Shown: piece after piece, positions 33,946 to 44,702 of the stretch | Numbering within the stretch: the stretch's first letter is position 1 | Layout: each line of letters starts with the position of its first letter | Assembly (NCBI GenBank): GCA_049969715.1 | Contig: JBMFOH010000002.1 | Location: 7,434 to 71,433, forward strand | Reading direction: 5' to 3' | Origin: a bacterium | GTDB lineage: Bacteria; DUMJ01 | DNA: 64,000 bases | Made by a program: the position numbers and the translations under genes | The notes under the pieces: model-generated | Told to the model about the DNA's origin: nothing | Seen by the model: the letters and a program-made list of their open reading frames with translations, nothing else | Database searches by the model: none

Positions 33946-34857
33946 CTACTTTAATACTCCTCCAATCTCTATTCTATATCCATTTGAAAAATCTATGCCT
34001 CTCATAACCTTTCTACTCTCAGGTTGGACCATTTTAAGCCATAAACTTCCCTTCCCCGTAGCCACTAATATACCCTTCTCATTGTCTAATTTTATTATTT
34101 TCCCTGGGGTATCATCTTCTTTAGAAGGTTCTGATTCTAAGATGTTGACTCTTATATTATTCATATAAAAATATGCCTTGGGCCAAATTTTCAGTGCTCT
34201 TATCTTATTAAAGATATTTATAGCATTTTCATTCCAATCTATTCTTCCCATTTCAGGTGTAATCTTAGGAGCGTAGGATGGCTCACCTAAGAGGGCTTGT
34301 GGAGTGCATTCTATCCTACCATTTTCTTCTAGAATTCTCAACACATTCTTTAAAGCCTCTGCTCCCAGGATACTTAACTTATAAGATAAGACTTCAGCAT
34401 CATCCTGAGATGATATTTCTAATTTCTTTTGAAGTATCACATCTCCAGCATCCAATTCTTCGGTAAGGTAGATTATACTTACTCCGGTTTCCTTCTCTCC
34501 ATTTAGAAGTGCCCACTGAATAGGGGCAGCTCCCCTATATTTCGGCAAAAGAGATGGGTGTAGGTTTATTATTCCATATCTAAATAATTCCCTTACAGAC
34601 TTAGGAATAAACAATCCATAAGCCACCAATACTCCAAGGTCAAAACCCTTTAGCTTATCCTTTATATCAACCACCCTCTCAGGAGAGACAACAGAAAGAC
34701 CAAGTTCTCTAGCTTTCCCCTTAACTGGGGATGGATTAGGTTTTAATCCTCTCCCACAAGGTTTATCTGGCTTTGTGACCACTAGCTCTATCTTTTCTTT
34801 CAACTTCTCTAGAGAAGAAAGGGCAAAATCCGATGTCCCAAAAAATACTATTCTGAT
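33946..34857 (-). CDS. fmt: Methionyl-tRNA formyltransferase (probable ATC start at 34857)
   Basis: (M)RIVFFGTSDF N-terminus upstream of the track start, VVTKPD, NLHPSLLPKYRGAAPI, LDAGD, YAPKI. Confidence 0.95.
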   Translation of the reverse strand: MRIVFFGTSDFALSSLEKLKEKIELVVTKPDKPCGRGLKPNPSPVKGKARELGLSVVSPERVVDIKDKLKGFDLGVLVAYGLFIPKSVRELFRYGIINLHPSLLPKYRGAAPIQWALLNGEKETGVSIIYLTEELDAGDVILQKKLEISSQDDAEVLSYKLSILGAEALKNVLRILEENGRIECTPQALLGEPSYAPKITPEMGRIDWNENAINIFNKIRALKIWPKAYFYMNNIRVNILESEPSKEDDTPGKIIKLDNEKGILVATGKGSLWLKMVQPESRKVMRGIDFSNGYRIEIGGVLK

Positions 34858-35309
34858 TTCTCAACCCTCCTTACACTCACAGCCCTATCTATAAACAATA
34901 TTCCATCTAAATGATCTATCTCATGCTGGAATGCTCTTGCAGCTAGGTCTGTAGCTTCCAATTCTATCTCTTTACCAGTTATATCTATCCCCCTTACTCT
35001 AACTTTTGAGGCTCTTGTTACCTCACCTACAATATTCGGTATACTTAGACATCCTTCTTCTTCTAATACTTCCCCATCCATATATGTAATAACAGGATTT
35101 ACTAATATAATAGAATCCTTCATCTTTACTATAATAAGTCTTTCGCTTACTCCTACTTGAGGAGCAGCAAGTCCTACCCCGTTAGCTTTTTCCATTGCCT
35201 CTTCCATATATCTAGCTAACCTCTTTATCCTTCTATCTATCTCTTTAATAGGAGTAGCCTTTTGTCTTAAGACAGGGTCTCCATATATTCTTATTGCCAA
35301 ATGACTCAT
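34848..35309 (-). CDS. def: Peptide deformylase
   Basis: GVGLAAPQVG, EGCLS, QHEIDHLDG. Confidence 0.98.
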   Translation of the reverse strand: MSHLAIRIYGDPVLRQKATPIKEIDRRIKRLARYMEEAMEKANGVGLAAPQVGVSERLIIVKMKDSIILVNPVITYMDGEVLEEEGCLSIPNIVGEVTRASKVRVRGIDITGKEIELEATDLAARAFQHEIDHLDGILFIDRAVSVRRVEKSE

Positions 35310-35328
35310 AAAATAAATCCTCCTAAAA

Positions 35329-37257
35329 TCACAATGTAGACACAGGGTCTATATCAACAGTAACACTTATATCTTTATAATTATACGATTCTACTAATTC
35401 TTTTACAACCCTGCATATCTCGCTATCAATCTCTTTGAGCTTTAATACGATATGCCATCTAAATATTCCTTTTATGTTATAGATAGGAGCCTTTGCCGGT
35501 CCGGAATATTCTACAGCTAATTTACGTTCTAAATCTTTAGCTACAGACTCTGCTACAATCTTTGCCTTTTCTTCCTCTCTAGATTGAATTAGTATTCTTA
35601 TTAATCTTGTCCAAGGAGGATACCCCAATGGCTTTCTTACCCGAGATTCATATCTATAAAAATCCTTGAAATCTAATCTTACAGCATATTTTATTGCATA
35701 ATAATCTGGAATTATAGTCTGCACGACAGCTCTTTTATCTTTATTGCATCTTTCTGATATCTTATATATCAGTCTAAATACTCTTTCACTAATCCTAAAA
35801 TCAGGTAGATATAATCCTGTTTCAGCAGAGACCATACCAATCAAAGTTACATCAGGAAGATAGAGTCCTTTGAGAATCATCTGTGTTCCAACCAGAATAT
35901 CTATCCTTTTCTCCAAAAAATCCTTCCATATTCTATTGGCTTCTCTCTCAGGGATATCTGAATCTATTCTAGAAATTCTAACATTGGAGAATATTTTCTT
36001 TAGAACATCCTCTATTCTCTCCGTTCCATACCCTAAAAGAGACATTTTTTGTCCACACTTTGGGCATACAGAAACTGTATTCTGTCTATATCCACAGTAA
36101 TGACATATAAGTCCTTCATCTTTGTGATAAACCAAAGGCACACCACAATATGGACACTTAGAGAGATAACCACATTCCTTACACATCTGGAAGGTAAAAT
36201 ATCCCTTTCTATTTATCAAAATAAGGGTTTGTTTTTTTCTGGCTAGGTTCACCTTGCAACTATGGATTAACTCACTACTAAGTATCCCTCTTTTAGACCT
36301 CATATTTATAAGTTTTACCTTTGGAAGCTCATCTACCTTTTCTTCTATAAGCTTGATAGAGCCATCTAATGCCTTACTATACCTCTCTAAACTAGGAACA
36401 CTTCCACCCCAGATAAGTTGACATCCAGTTATTTCTCTCAACTTAACTGCTACTTCTCTTGCATCATAGAATGGTCTATGCTCATCCTTGTAACTTTCAT
36501 CTTCTTCTTCATCTATAATAATCTTACTTAAGTTTCTTACTGGAGCAAATATTGAGGCTCTATTACCAATGGCTATAATAGCCTCTCCATTCCTTATCTT
36601 CCACCATTCTCTATTTTTGTAAGCAGGTTTCTGTGTGCTATATAATACCGCTACCTTATCGCTAAACAACTTTCTAAAGAGGCTCTCTAAAGAAAGGACT
36701 ATATCTAGCTCAGGAAATAAAATAATCACCCCTCTATTACTATTAATATCTTCCTCTATCATCTTTAGATATGTAACAATCCTCTTTTCTATAGGAAATC
36801 TTAAAAGCACATCCCTATCAGAAGGACATTGGATAGGCTCTTGGTCAAGAGAAAATTTGTAATCAAAGTAAAAGACATTCTTCCTACTCTTTCTCTCCTT
36901 AGGAATATTTATTTGGAGTTTCTCTTCTCTATAAGATACCTTTATGTCTCTTACCTCAGAAGGGATAATAATAGATAGTGACTGACTTAGATTACTTATA
37001 TAATATTCTGAAAACCAGATTGAAAGGTCCATCAAATGAGGAGGAACCAAAGGGGTATCAAATATCCTACCAAGGACCTTCTGAACTTTCGAAGATATCA
37101 AGGAACTATCTCTTTCTATTACATAACCTTTAGTAATATGACCTTTTAATAAGACTGCAACATAATCTCCTATAGCTAATTCTTCTTCAGAGGAATAAGT
37201 AAAAGATAAATCTTTAGGGGCATCTCTATCTATCAGTATCTTCCAGGTTGAAGGCAT
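35329..37257 (-). CDS. priA: Primosomal protein N' (PriA) with degenerate helicase motifs
   Basis: Four CxxC zinc motifs, GTERIE, ILVGTQM, LPDFR, YPP; sits upstream of def-fmt. Confidence 0.9.
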   Translation of the reverse strand: MPSTWKILIDRDAPKDLSFTYSSEEELAIGDYVAVLLKGHITKGYVIERDSSLISSKVQKVLGRIFDTPLVPPHLMDLSIWFSEYYISNLSQSLSIIIPSEVRDIKVSYREEKLQINIPKERKSRKNVFYFDYKFSLDQEPIQCPSDRDVLLRFPIEKRIVTYLKMIEEDINSNRGVIILFPELDIVLSLESLFRKLFSDKVAVLYSTQKPAYKNREWWKIRNGEAIIAIGNRASIFAPVRNLSKIIIDEEEDESYKDEHRPFYDAREVAVKLREITGCQLIWGGSVPSLERYSKALDGSIKLIEEKVDELPKVKLINMRSKRGILSSELIHSCKVNLARKKQTLILINRKGYFTFQMCKECGYLSKCPYCGVPLVYHKDEGLICHYCGYRQNTVSVCPKCGQKMSLLGYGTERIEDVLKKIFSNVRISRIDSDIPEREANRIWKDFLEKRIDILVGTQMILKGLYLPDVTLIGMVSAETGLYLPDFRISERVFRLIYKISERCNKDKRAVVQTIIPDYYAIKYAVRLDFKDFYRYESRVRKPLGYPPWTRLIRILIQSREEEKAKIVAESVAKDLERKLAVEYSGPAKAPIYNIKGIFRWHIVLKLKEIDSEICRVVKELVESYNYKDISVTVDIDPVSTL

Positions 37258-38419
37258 TCCTTAACTCTTTTACCTTATCAAGCCTCTCCCAAGGTAAATT
37301 CACATCAATTCTTCCAAAATGACCATAGGATGCTGTCTTTCTATATATAGGTCTTCTAAGATCAAGATATTCTATTATACTTCCAGGTCTGAAATCAAAA
37401 ATCTCCTTTACTATTCTGATCAACTTATCTAGATCTACCTTTTCTGTATTAAACGTCTCTATATTTAGAGAGATTGGCTCACTTACCCCTATTACATAGG
37501 CTACCTGGATCTCGCACTTATCTGCTAATCCGCTTGCCACTATATTCTTTGCTGCATATCTTGCCATATAAGAGGCTGAACGATCTACCTTTGTAGGGTC
37601 TTTCCCAGAGAAACAGCCTCCCCCATGTCTAGCCATCCCTCCATAAGTATCCACTATAATCTTCCTTCCTGTAAGTCCAGCATCTCCTGCAGGACCCCCG
37701 ATAACGAATCTACCAGTGGCATTAATATAATATTTTGTCTCTTCATCAATCCATTCATTAGGTATCACATACCTGATAACATACTCTATAATCTCTTCCC
37801 TTAATCTATCCACAGAGACATCAGGATTATGTTGGGCAGCTATCACTACTCTATCTACTTTGATAGGCCTATCCTTTTCATACACTACTGTTACCTGAGT
37901 CTTCCCATCCGGGCGTAAGTATGGGAGTATACCCTTTTTCCTTACTTCAGCCAATCTATAGGCTAGCCTATGGGCTAATATAATTGGAGTTGGCATAAAT
38001 TCAGCATCTTTCATAATACCCATAGCCTCATTAGTAGCATAGCCAAACATCAATCCCTGATCTCCAGCTCCTATTTCCTTATTATCCCTTATAACACCTA
38101 TAGCAATATCTGGAGATTGCTCCTTAAGAGAGACAAGAATTCCACAACTTTCTGCATCAAATCCGTATGAGGCATCTGTATATCCTATTTCTCTTATGGT
38201 ATTCCTAACAACCCTACTTATATCTACATTTGCCTTACTAGAAATTTCACCAGTAATATGAACAAGACCAAGGGTAGTTAAGGTCTCACATGCCACCCTA
38301 GCTTCTGCATCTTTTTCTAGATAACTATCAAGTATAGCATCAGATATCTGATCTGCCACCTTATCGGGATGTCCTTCTGTTACTGACTCTGCATTAAAAT
38401 ATTTAATATTCTTATTCAC
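37226..38419 (-). CDS. metK: S-adenosylmethionine synthetase
   Basis: [40 protein letters not shown]. Confidence 0.98.
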   Translation of the reverse strand: MNKNIKYFNAESVTEGHPDKVADQISDAILDSYLEKDAEARVACETLTTLGLVHITGEISSKANVDISRVVRNTIREIGYTDASYGFDAESCGILVSLKEQSPDIAIGVIRDNKEIGAGDQGLMFGYATNEAMGIMKDAEFMPTPIILAHRLAYRLAEVRKKGILPYLRPDGKTQVTVVYEKDRPIKVDRVVIAAQHNPDVSVDRLREEIIEYVIRYVIPNEWIDEETKYYINATGRFVIGGPAGDAGLTGRKIIVDTYGGMARHGGGCFSGKDPTKVDRSASYMARYAAKNIVASGLADKCEIQVAYVIGVSEPISLNIETFNTEKVDLDKLIRIVKEIFDFRPGSIIEYLDLRRPIYRKTASYGHFGRIDVNLPWERLDKVKELRNAFNLEDTDR

Positions 38420-38433
38420 CTATACACCTCCAG

Positions 38434-39204
38434 TTATCCTATGGTTGCACTTCCTAGATAAGCTTCTAATACCTCAGGTTTAGTTTTAATCTCATCAGGA
38501 GTACCTTCCGCTATAATCTCTCCATAATTTAGTACCACTATTCTTTCGCAGATGTTCATCACTACGTGCATATCATGTTCTATAAGAAATATAGTCAGTC
38601 CAAGGTCATTTCTTAATATCCTAATTATACCCATAAGCTCCTCTGTTTCTCTAGGGTTCATTCCTGCTGCAGGCTCGTCAAGAAGGACCAAAATGGGTTC
38701 GGTAGCTATTGCTCTTGCTATCTCTAATTTACGTTGTTCTCCATATGGAAGGTTTTTAGAGATTTCATCCTTCAATTTAGCAAGACCTACTATCTCTAAA
38801 GCCTTCATCGCCCTTTTCTCTATAGCGTTCTCCTTTCTATAGAAATAGGATGTCCTTAAAAGAGAATGGATATAGGATGGATAACTATGAATCTGTGAAG
38901 CTATCATTACGTTCTCTAGGACAGTAAGATTAGAAAATAACCTTATGTTCTGAAAGGTTCTAGAAATACCTAACTTTGCTATATAATTAGGAGGTTTACT
39001 AGTAATATCCCTTCCAGTGAAAGTTACTTTGCCTGAGATAGGAATATGGTAACCTGTTATCACATTAAATACAGTTGTCTTTCCTGCCCCATTAGGACCT
39101 ATAAGTCCTACAAGCTCTCTATCTTCCATAGAGAAGGTAAATTCAGAGACCGCTAGTAATCCTCCAAAAGCGACAGAAATCTTATCTAATGTTAATAAAC
39201 TCAT
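38434..39204 (-). CDS. livG: Branched-chain amino acid ABC transporter ATP-binding protein
   Basis: GPNGAGKT, RTFQNIRLF, LPYG, LLDEPAAG, EHDM, AYLG. Confidence 0.93.
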   Translation of the reverse strand: MSLLTLDKISVAFGGLLAVSEFTFSMEDRELVGLIGPNGAGKTTVFNVITGYHIPISGKVTFTGRDITSKPPNYIAKLGISRTFQNIRLFSNLTVLENVMIASQIHSYPSYIHSLLRTSYFYRKENAIEKRAMKALEIVGLAKLKDEISKNLPYGEQRKLEIARAIATEPILVLLDEPAAGMNPRETEELMGIIRILRNDLGLTIFLIEHDMHVVMNICERIVVLNYGEIIAEGTPDEIKTKPEVLEAYLGSATIG

Positions 39205-40136
39205 TGATCTCTAACCTTTCTTCTATACCCTCCTATAAGCCCTTGAGGTCTCAATAACATTGTCAAAATAAGTAACAATGAATATATCACCATTCTAGGG
39301 TCGACGGTAGTGTTAAATATTACCTTTATATACCTTAACGCCTCAGGAAGAAATGTTAAGAATACAGCAGACACAGCTGAGCCTCCTATACTTCCTAAAC
39401 CTCCAAGCACTATCATGACTAATATCTCTACAGACTTCATAAAAGTAAACGAACTAGGATGTAGGAACTGAAGATAGTGTGCCCACAATCCCCCTGCTAC
39501 TCCAGCCCAAAAAGAACCAAAAACAAAGGCGAATATCTTAAATTTAGTAGTATCTACGCCCATAGCTTCAGCTGCTATCTCATCCTCTCTTACGGAAAGG
39601 ATAGCTCTTCCCTCCGGACTTTTCAGTAGGTTGTAAGAGCTTAAAAGAACGAGCAAAACTATCAGATATACCCAAAAGAAGTTTGTATACTTAGGTATAC
39701 CAGGGAAACCTCTAGCCCCACCTACAATATCAAGGTTAAAAAGAACTACCCTTATAATCTCCCCCATACCTAAGGTAGCAATTGCTAGATAATCTCCTCT
39801 CAGTCTTAGGGTTGGGATTCCTACGCCAACTCCTATTATCCCAGAAGCCAACCCTCCAACGATAAGAGCTACAGGGAAAGGTATCCTATAGTAGTATGTT
39901 AGAAAAGCAGAAAAATAGGCTCCCACCGCCATAAACCCTGCATGTCCTAAAGAAAACTGTCCACATAAACCATTTATCACATTGAGACTTACAGCCAAGA
40001 TTATATTTATCCCTGAGAATATTATTATCTGTAAATAGTATGGATTTATATGGGGAGAGAGAAGATTTATTCCATATATAAAACCTATACAGATTACCAG
40101 AAATGGATATTGAAAGCTTCCTAGTCTATCTAACAT
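39201..40136 (-). CDS. livM: Branched-chain amino acid ABC transporter permease
   Basis: GQFSLGHAGF, RLRGDYLAIATL, VLGGLGS. Confidence 0.93.
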   Translation of the reverse strand: MLDRLGSFQYPFLVICIGFIYGINLLSPHINPYYLQIIIFSGINIILAVSLNVINGLCGQFSLGHAGFMAVGAYFSAFLTYYYRIPFPVALIVGGLASGIIGVGVGIPTLRLRGDYLAIATLGMGEIIRVVLFNLDIVGGARGFPGIPKYTNFFWVYLIVLLVLLSSYNLLKSPEGRAILSVREDEIAAEAMGVDTTKFKIFAFVFGSFWAGVAGGLWAHYLQFLHPSSFTFMKSVEILVMIVLGGLGSIGGSAVSAVFLTFLPEALRYIKVIFNTTVDPRMVIYSLLLILTMLLRPQGLIGGYRRKVRDQ

Positions 40137-40138
40137 CT

Positions 40139-41032
40139 CTATACTTTCTCTCTAGTTAGAGTTCCAAAAATTCCAGACGGCTTAACTAAGAGAATTACAA
40201 TAAGAATAGCAAAAGCTATTGCGTCACGATAAGTAGATGCAATAAAAGCAGATACCAATATCTCAGCTATACCCAAGATGAAACCTCCTACCATTGCACC
40301 AGGAATACTTCCTATTCCTCCTAATACAGCAGCGACAAATGCTTTTACTCCAGGCATAACACCCATAAGGGGGTCTATCCTATTAAAATAAATTCCCACT
40401 AGTACTCCCCCTGCTGCCGCCAACATCGAACCTATAGCAAATGTAAAAGATATTACATGATCTATGTTAACTCCCATCATCCAGGCGGTTTCTCTATCAA
40501 AAGAAACAGCCCTCATTGCCATACCTATCTTTGTTTTATTTACTATAAATTGCAGTAGAATCATAAGCCCAACGGATACTGAAAGGATTACAAGCTGCCT
40601 ATTGTTCACTATTACTCCAAATCTCTGATAGATACCTTCATATATCTTTAAAGACAACACTTGGGGAAAGGCTCTAGGAGTTGGGCTCCAAATAATAACG
40701 CCAAGATTTTCTAATAGAAAGGAAACCCCAATTGCAGTAGTCAATGCAGCAATACGAGGAGCAGTTCTTAAAGGCTTATAGGCAAACCTTTCGATAGAAA
40801 CTCCTAAGATTGCACAGACTACCATAGCAAAAAGAAAAGCAGGCATAATCCCCCAATGAAAAGATGTAACAGCAAAATATCCGGCAAAAGCGCCTACCAT
40901 GTAAACATCACCATGGGCAAAGTTTATGAGCTTTAATATTCCATACACCATAGTATAACCTAATGCTATAAGAGCGTATATACTTCCTAAGGCTATTCCG
41001 TTTATAAGCTGTTGTAAGATCTCTGATATCAT
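40139..41032 (-). CDS. livH: Branched-chain amino acid ABC transporter permease
   Basis: YALIALGYTMVYG..INFAHG, KAFVAAVLGGIG. Confidence 0.95.
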   Translation of the reverse strand: MISEILQQLINGIALGSIYALIALGYTMVYGILKLINFAHGDVYMVGAFAGYFAVTSFHWGIMPAFLFAMVVCAILGVSIERFAYKPLRTAPRIAALTTAIGVSFLLENLGVIIWSPTPRAFPQVLSLKIYEGIYQRFGVIVNNRQLVILSVSVGLMILLQFIVNKTKIGMAMRAVSFDRETAWMMGVNIDHVISFTFAIGSMLAAAGGVLVGIYFNRIDPLMGVMPGVKAFVAAVLGGIGSIPGAMVGGFILGIAEILVSAFIASTYRDAIAFAILIVILLVKPSGIFGTLTREKV

Positions 41033-41058
41033 TTCTCTTCTGTCTTTTCCTATTTTTA

Positions 41059-41091
41059 GGAGGATAGAGAGATTAAACTCTTCTACCCTCC
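41059..41091 (-). terminator. Imperfect hairpin after the binding-protein gene (partial terminator or mRNA-stabilising stem)
   Basis: GGAGGATAGAGAG..CTCTTCTACCCTCC between the livK-like gene and livH. Confidence 0.5.
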
Positions 41092-41100
41092 CCTTTTATA

Positions 41101-42264
41101 TTACTTCTTAGGTGGATTTACAGTAGTCTTATATACCTGATTTCCATTACTATCAAATCCAATTATCACTGCACTCTTTATAGGATTTCGGTTCTCATCA
41201 AGGGTAATGGTTCCTGTTACAAGCTTCAATCCTTTTGTAGCTGCTAGGGCATCTCTTATAGCCTCTCTATCTATTTTACCTGCTCTCTTTATAGCATCGA
41301 CGAGCATATATACTGCATCATAACCTAATGCCCCTAACATATCAGGAACTGCGTTATATCTCTTCTTATAGTTAGCAACAAATCTCTTTACCTCAGGAGC
41401 AGATGAACCAGAGAAGAAGTGTCCACTAAAATAGCAATCCTTTAGATTCTCCTTTCCAGCCAACTCAGCTAATTGAGGAGAATCAAACCCATCACCACCA
41501 AGAATAGGCACTGTAATACCTAACTCTCGCGCCTGTTTTATTATAAGACCTGCAGTATCATAGTATGATGGAACATAAAGAACATCAGGATTTTTAGCTT
41601 TTATCTTTGTAAGTTGTGCACTAAAATCTTGATCCCCACTGCTGAATGACTCTTCTGCTACTATCTTTCCTCCAAGGTTCTGAAAACTCTCTTTAAAATA
41701 TTTGGCAAGACCAATACTATAATCACTTGTCTTTTCATAAAGAATAGCTGCTGTATTTGCCCTCTTAGAAAGACCACTTCTTGCAAATCTTGCCATTACT
41801 GTTCCTTGGAAATCATCTATAAAGCAAGCCCTAAAGATATAATTTCCTACCTGAGTAATCCTCGGATTAGTCCCAGTAGGGGTAATAAGTGGTACCTTAC
41901 TCTGCTGAGCAATGGGAGCAACGGCTAGAACATTGCTAGAAATTACAGGACCTATAATAGCTACCACCTTATTTTGTTCTATAAATTTACGTGCTATATT
42001 TGCTGATTCATCTGGTTTTCCCTGATTATCTTCTACTATCAGTTCTATCTTTGCACCTAGTACTCCACCCTTGGCATTGATCTCATCTACTGCCATTCTT
42101 ACAGCTTTGTCAACTGACTGACCGAATGTAGCAATATTCCCAGTAAGAGGTGTAATAAGCCCTACCTTTATTGTCTCTGCCCCATATACTGGGAGCATAC
42201 TAGTTAAAAGTAAACCTGCAGCCACTACAAGAGAAACTAATCTCTTCAAAAATATCACCTCCAC
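41101..42264 (-). CDS. Branched-chain amino acid ABC transporter substrate-binding protein (LivJ/LivK family)
   Basis: Signal peptide, PLTG, FRACFIDDFQG, DFSAQLTKI, GGDG, LGYDA. Confidence 0.93.
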   Translation of the reverse strand: MEVIFLKRLVSLVVAAGLLLTSMLPVYGAETIKVGLITPLTGNIATFGQSVDKAVRMAVDEINAKGGVLGAKIELIVEDNQGKPDESANIARKFIEQNKVVAIIGPVISSNVLAVAPIAQQSKVPLITPTGTNPRITQVGNYIFRACFIDDFQGTVMARFARSGLSKRANTAAILYEKTSDYSIGLAKYFKESFQNLGGKIVAEESFSSGDQDFSAQLTKIKAKNPDVLYVPSYYDTAGLIIKQARELGITVPILGGDGFDSPQLAELAGKENLKDCYFSGHFFSGSSAPEVKRFVANYKKRYNAVPDMLGALGYDAVYMLVDAIKRAGKIDREAIRDALAATKGLKLVTGTITLDENRNPIKSAVIIGFDSNGNQVYKTTVNPPKK

Positions 42265-42301
42265 ATTTTTAATTTTGTCCTATATTCTACAGGAGAATTC
42301 T

Positions 42302-42700
42302 CTATTTGTCAACAGTAGAATCCTCTTCCTTCATAGGAATTTCTGCTACCTCTTCATCAGTTATCTTTTCTTCCTCTTGAATCTTCTTGATTTCAGCATT
42401 TCTTTTTGATATCTCTTCCTCTTTACCTAGTATCTGAGTTATAACTTCGGTCAAACTTTTAAGGGTGTCAGGAGTGAGATTATTCTCTTTATAGAGGGCA
42501 AGTATTTTTTCCCCTAGGATTTCAATCTTACTTCTTCTTTCGTTTTGGAGTTTAAAAATCTCTGCCTTTAGAGATGCTATCCTAGCAAGTTTTTCTGTCT
42601 CTTTACCTAATTTCTGGGCAAACTGTCCTAAACTTTCTCCAAACTTTTGAGCAGCAGAACTTACTGCTTGAGAAAACTTATCAAACGGCTTATTTTCCAT
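42302..42700 (-). CDS. Hypothetical helical/coiled-coil protein
   Basis: 132-aa ORF with AGGAGG Shine-Dalgarno site; amphipathic N-terminus and coiled coil. Confidence 0.65.
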   Translation of the reverse strand: MENKPFDKFSQAVSSAAQKFGESLGQFAQKLGKETEKLARIASLKAEIFKLQNERRSKIEILGEKILALYKENNLTPDTLKSLTEVITQILGKEEEISKRNAEIKKIQEEEKITDEEVAEIPMKEEDSTVDK

Positions 42701-42781
42701 AATTCCCTCCTATTATAATCTTTGGATTCTTAGGCTTTATTTTATCATAGAATTCTTCTTTATGCTATAATAAAAGACAGT

Positions 42782-43693
42782 ATGGAAAGAGAAGAGATGA
42801 TCGAATATTTTGTTGCTAATAGAATATATCCTATGTGTAGCAAGAAAGGGAAAGTCTTTCTGTCAAAAAGGTCTTCTCTTCATTTATCAAAAGAGGAAGA
42901 ACAAAAGTTTATATTCGAACTAGGACTAAAAGATTCTAAAAGTTGTAAGGAGCTAAGAGATATCATACGGGCAAGACTAAAACAGAAAAAGGGAAATAAA
43001 CCTATAAAAGAATGGATAGAGGAAGAAAGACCAAGAGAGATGTTACTGAAATATGGAGCGGATAAACTTTCTCTTTCAAAACTATTGGCTATAATCCTAA
43101 GGATTGGAAATGATTCTTTAAGTGCTGAAGAATTAGGAAGATTGATTATAAATAAATTCAAAACACTAAGAGCTTTAGATAGAGCTAGTATAGAAGAACT
43201 ATGCTCTATCTCTGGGATAGGTATGGCTAAGGCTGCTCAGATAAAGGCGGCATTCGAACTTGGGAAAAGACTCTATAAAGAAGATGCAGAACGGATGACT
43301 AAGATAAGAAATCCTCAAGATGTAATAAATTATGTAATGGAATATTATTCCCCTTACCTTAGAGACTTAAATAAAGAGGTATTTAACATCATATTATTAG
43401 ATAATAGGAATAAGGTGATAGAAAATATAGAGATGAGTAAGGGTAATCTTACTTCAAGTATAGTAGATGTAAAAGATATAGTAAGAGAAGCTACACTTAG
43501 GTCTGCATCATCGATAATTCTCGTTCACAATCATCCATCTGGAGAACCAGAACCATCCAAGGAAGATATCAACACCACTAAGCTTGTGATAGAAGCATGT
43601 AAACTGATAGGGATAAAGGTCCTAGATCATATAATCATAGGCAAAAATCACAATAACTATGCAAGTTTTTATCAGCTTGGATTAATTAGCTAA
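42782..43693 (+). CDS. radC: RadC/UPF0758 JAB-domain protein with N-terminal extension
   Basis: ERPRE, HhH GIGMAKA, VHNHPSGEPEPSKED, VLDHIIIG. Confidence 0.92.
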   Translation: MEREEMIEYFVANRIYPMCSKKGKVFLSKRSSLHLSKEEEQKFIFELGLKDSKSCKELRDIIRARLKQKKGNKPIKEWIEEERPREMLLKYGADKLSLSKLLAIILRIGNDSLSAEELGRLIINKFKTLRALDRASIEELCSISGIGMAKAAQIKAAFELGKRLYKEDAERMTKIRNPQDVINYVMEYYSPYLRDLNKEVFNIILLDNRNKVIENIEMSKGNLTSSIVDVKDIVREATLRSASSIILVHNHPSGEPEPSKEDINTTKLVIEACKLIGIKVLDHIIIGKNHNNYASFYQLGLIS

Positions 43694-43717
43694 GGGACGT
43701 AAGAATTTATGTCCTTT
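43692..43717. terminator. Bidirectional terminator between radC and secG
   Basis: AAGGGACGTAA-gaat-TTATGTCCTTT hairpin between convergent stops. Confidence 0.6.
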
Positions 43718-43951
43718 CTATTTCAATGTCCAAGCTAATACTCCAGCCAGTATAAAAAAGACCCCTCCTATTATTCCTATAATCCTATCTAATTTACGTT
43801 CCTTCTCCTTACCAACATGGAAGAGTCTTGCTGTTCCTCCTATAGCTCCTAGACCTTCTCCTCTAGGAGGTTCCAAAAGGATAATTACGCATAGTCCTAA
43901 AGCCACTATAAGCTGAATAATCATCAAAGTATTCTTCATTATTTCCTCCAC
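43718..43951 (-). CDS. secG: Preprotein translocase subunit SecG
   Basis: Two TM helices with a GEGLGAIGG loop, downstream of tpiA. Confidence 0.88.
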   Translation of the reverse strand: MEEIMKNTLMIIQLIVALGLCVIILLEPPRGEGLGAIGGTARLFHVGKEKERKLDRIIGIIGGVFFILAGVLAWTLK

Positions 43952-43952
43952 T

Positions 43953-44702
43953 TTATTTTAGATACTTTACAATCCGAGCAAAGCTCTCAGCATTTAAGCT
44001 AGCTCCTCCAACAAGTGCACCATCTATCTCTTCTTCTTTCATAAAATCGTCTATATTGGAGGGACTTACACTTCCACCATAGAGGACTCGTAGCGACTTT
44101 TCTCTATCTTCCCCAAACTTCTTCTTGTACCATTCCTTTATAAGAGAAATTACTTCTACTGCATCAGAAGGATACGCAGGCTTTCCCGTTCCTATAGCCC
44201 ATACAGGTTCGTATGCTATGACTAGGCTATTAGGCTCAGTTATTAACGAGAGGCTCCCCTCAAGTTGAGAAGTAATAACCTCTTCTGTTTTATTGGCTTC
44301 TTTATCTTCTAACCGTTCTCCCACGCATAGTATAGGAGTTATACTATTATCTATAGCAGACTTAACCTTTTTTGCTATTACCTCATCGGTTTCTTTTATA
44401 ATCCAACGTCTCTCAGAATGTCCAAGAATTACAAATGTGCAATGGAACTCTTTTAGCATTAATGGAGATATTTCTCCGGTAAATGCTCCTTTTACCTCCC
44501 AGAACATGTCTTGAGCCCCAAGATAGATTCTAGAATCTACTATCATTCTTGAAACAGCATCAAGTATAGTAAAGGGAGGGCATATAGCTATATCCCTATC
44601 CTGGACATCAGAAACTAACACCTTAAGGCGCTGTACCAGAGGGATTGCCTCTGATACAGTACCATTCATCTTCCAGTTACCAGCAATAAGTCTTCTCTTC
44701 AT
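43953..44702 (-). CDS. tpiA: Triosephosphate isomerase
   Basis: [36 protein letters not shown]. Confidence 0.98.
   Translation of the reverse strand: MKRRLIAGNWKMNGTVSEAIPLVQRLKVLVSDVQDRDIAICPPFTILDAVSRMIVDSRIYLGAQDMFWEVKGAFTGEISPLMLKEFHCTFVILGHSERRWIIKETDEVIAKKVKSAIDNSITPILCVGERLEDKEANKTEEVITSQLEGSLSLITEPNSLVIAYEPVWAIGTGKPAYPSDAVEVISLIKEWYKKKFGEDREKSLRVLYGGSVSPSNIDDFMKEEEIDGALVGGASLNAESFARIVKYLK

Noticed and set aside
42782-43693. radC as a marker of a mobile element
   Set aside because: It is the long chromosomal HhH plus JAB form and has no mobility genes nearby
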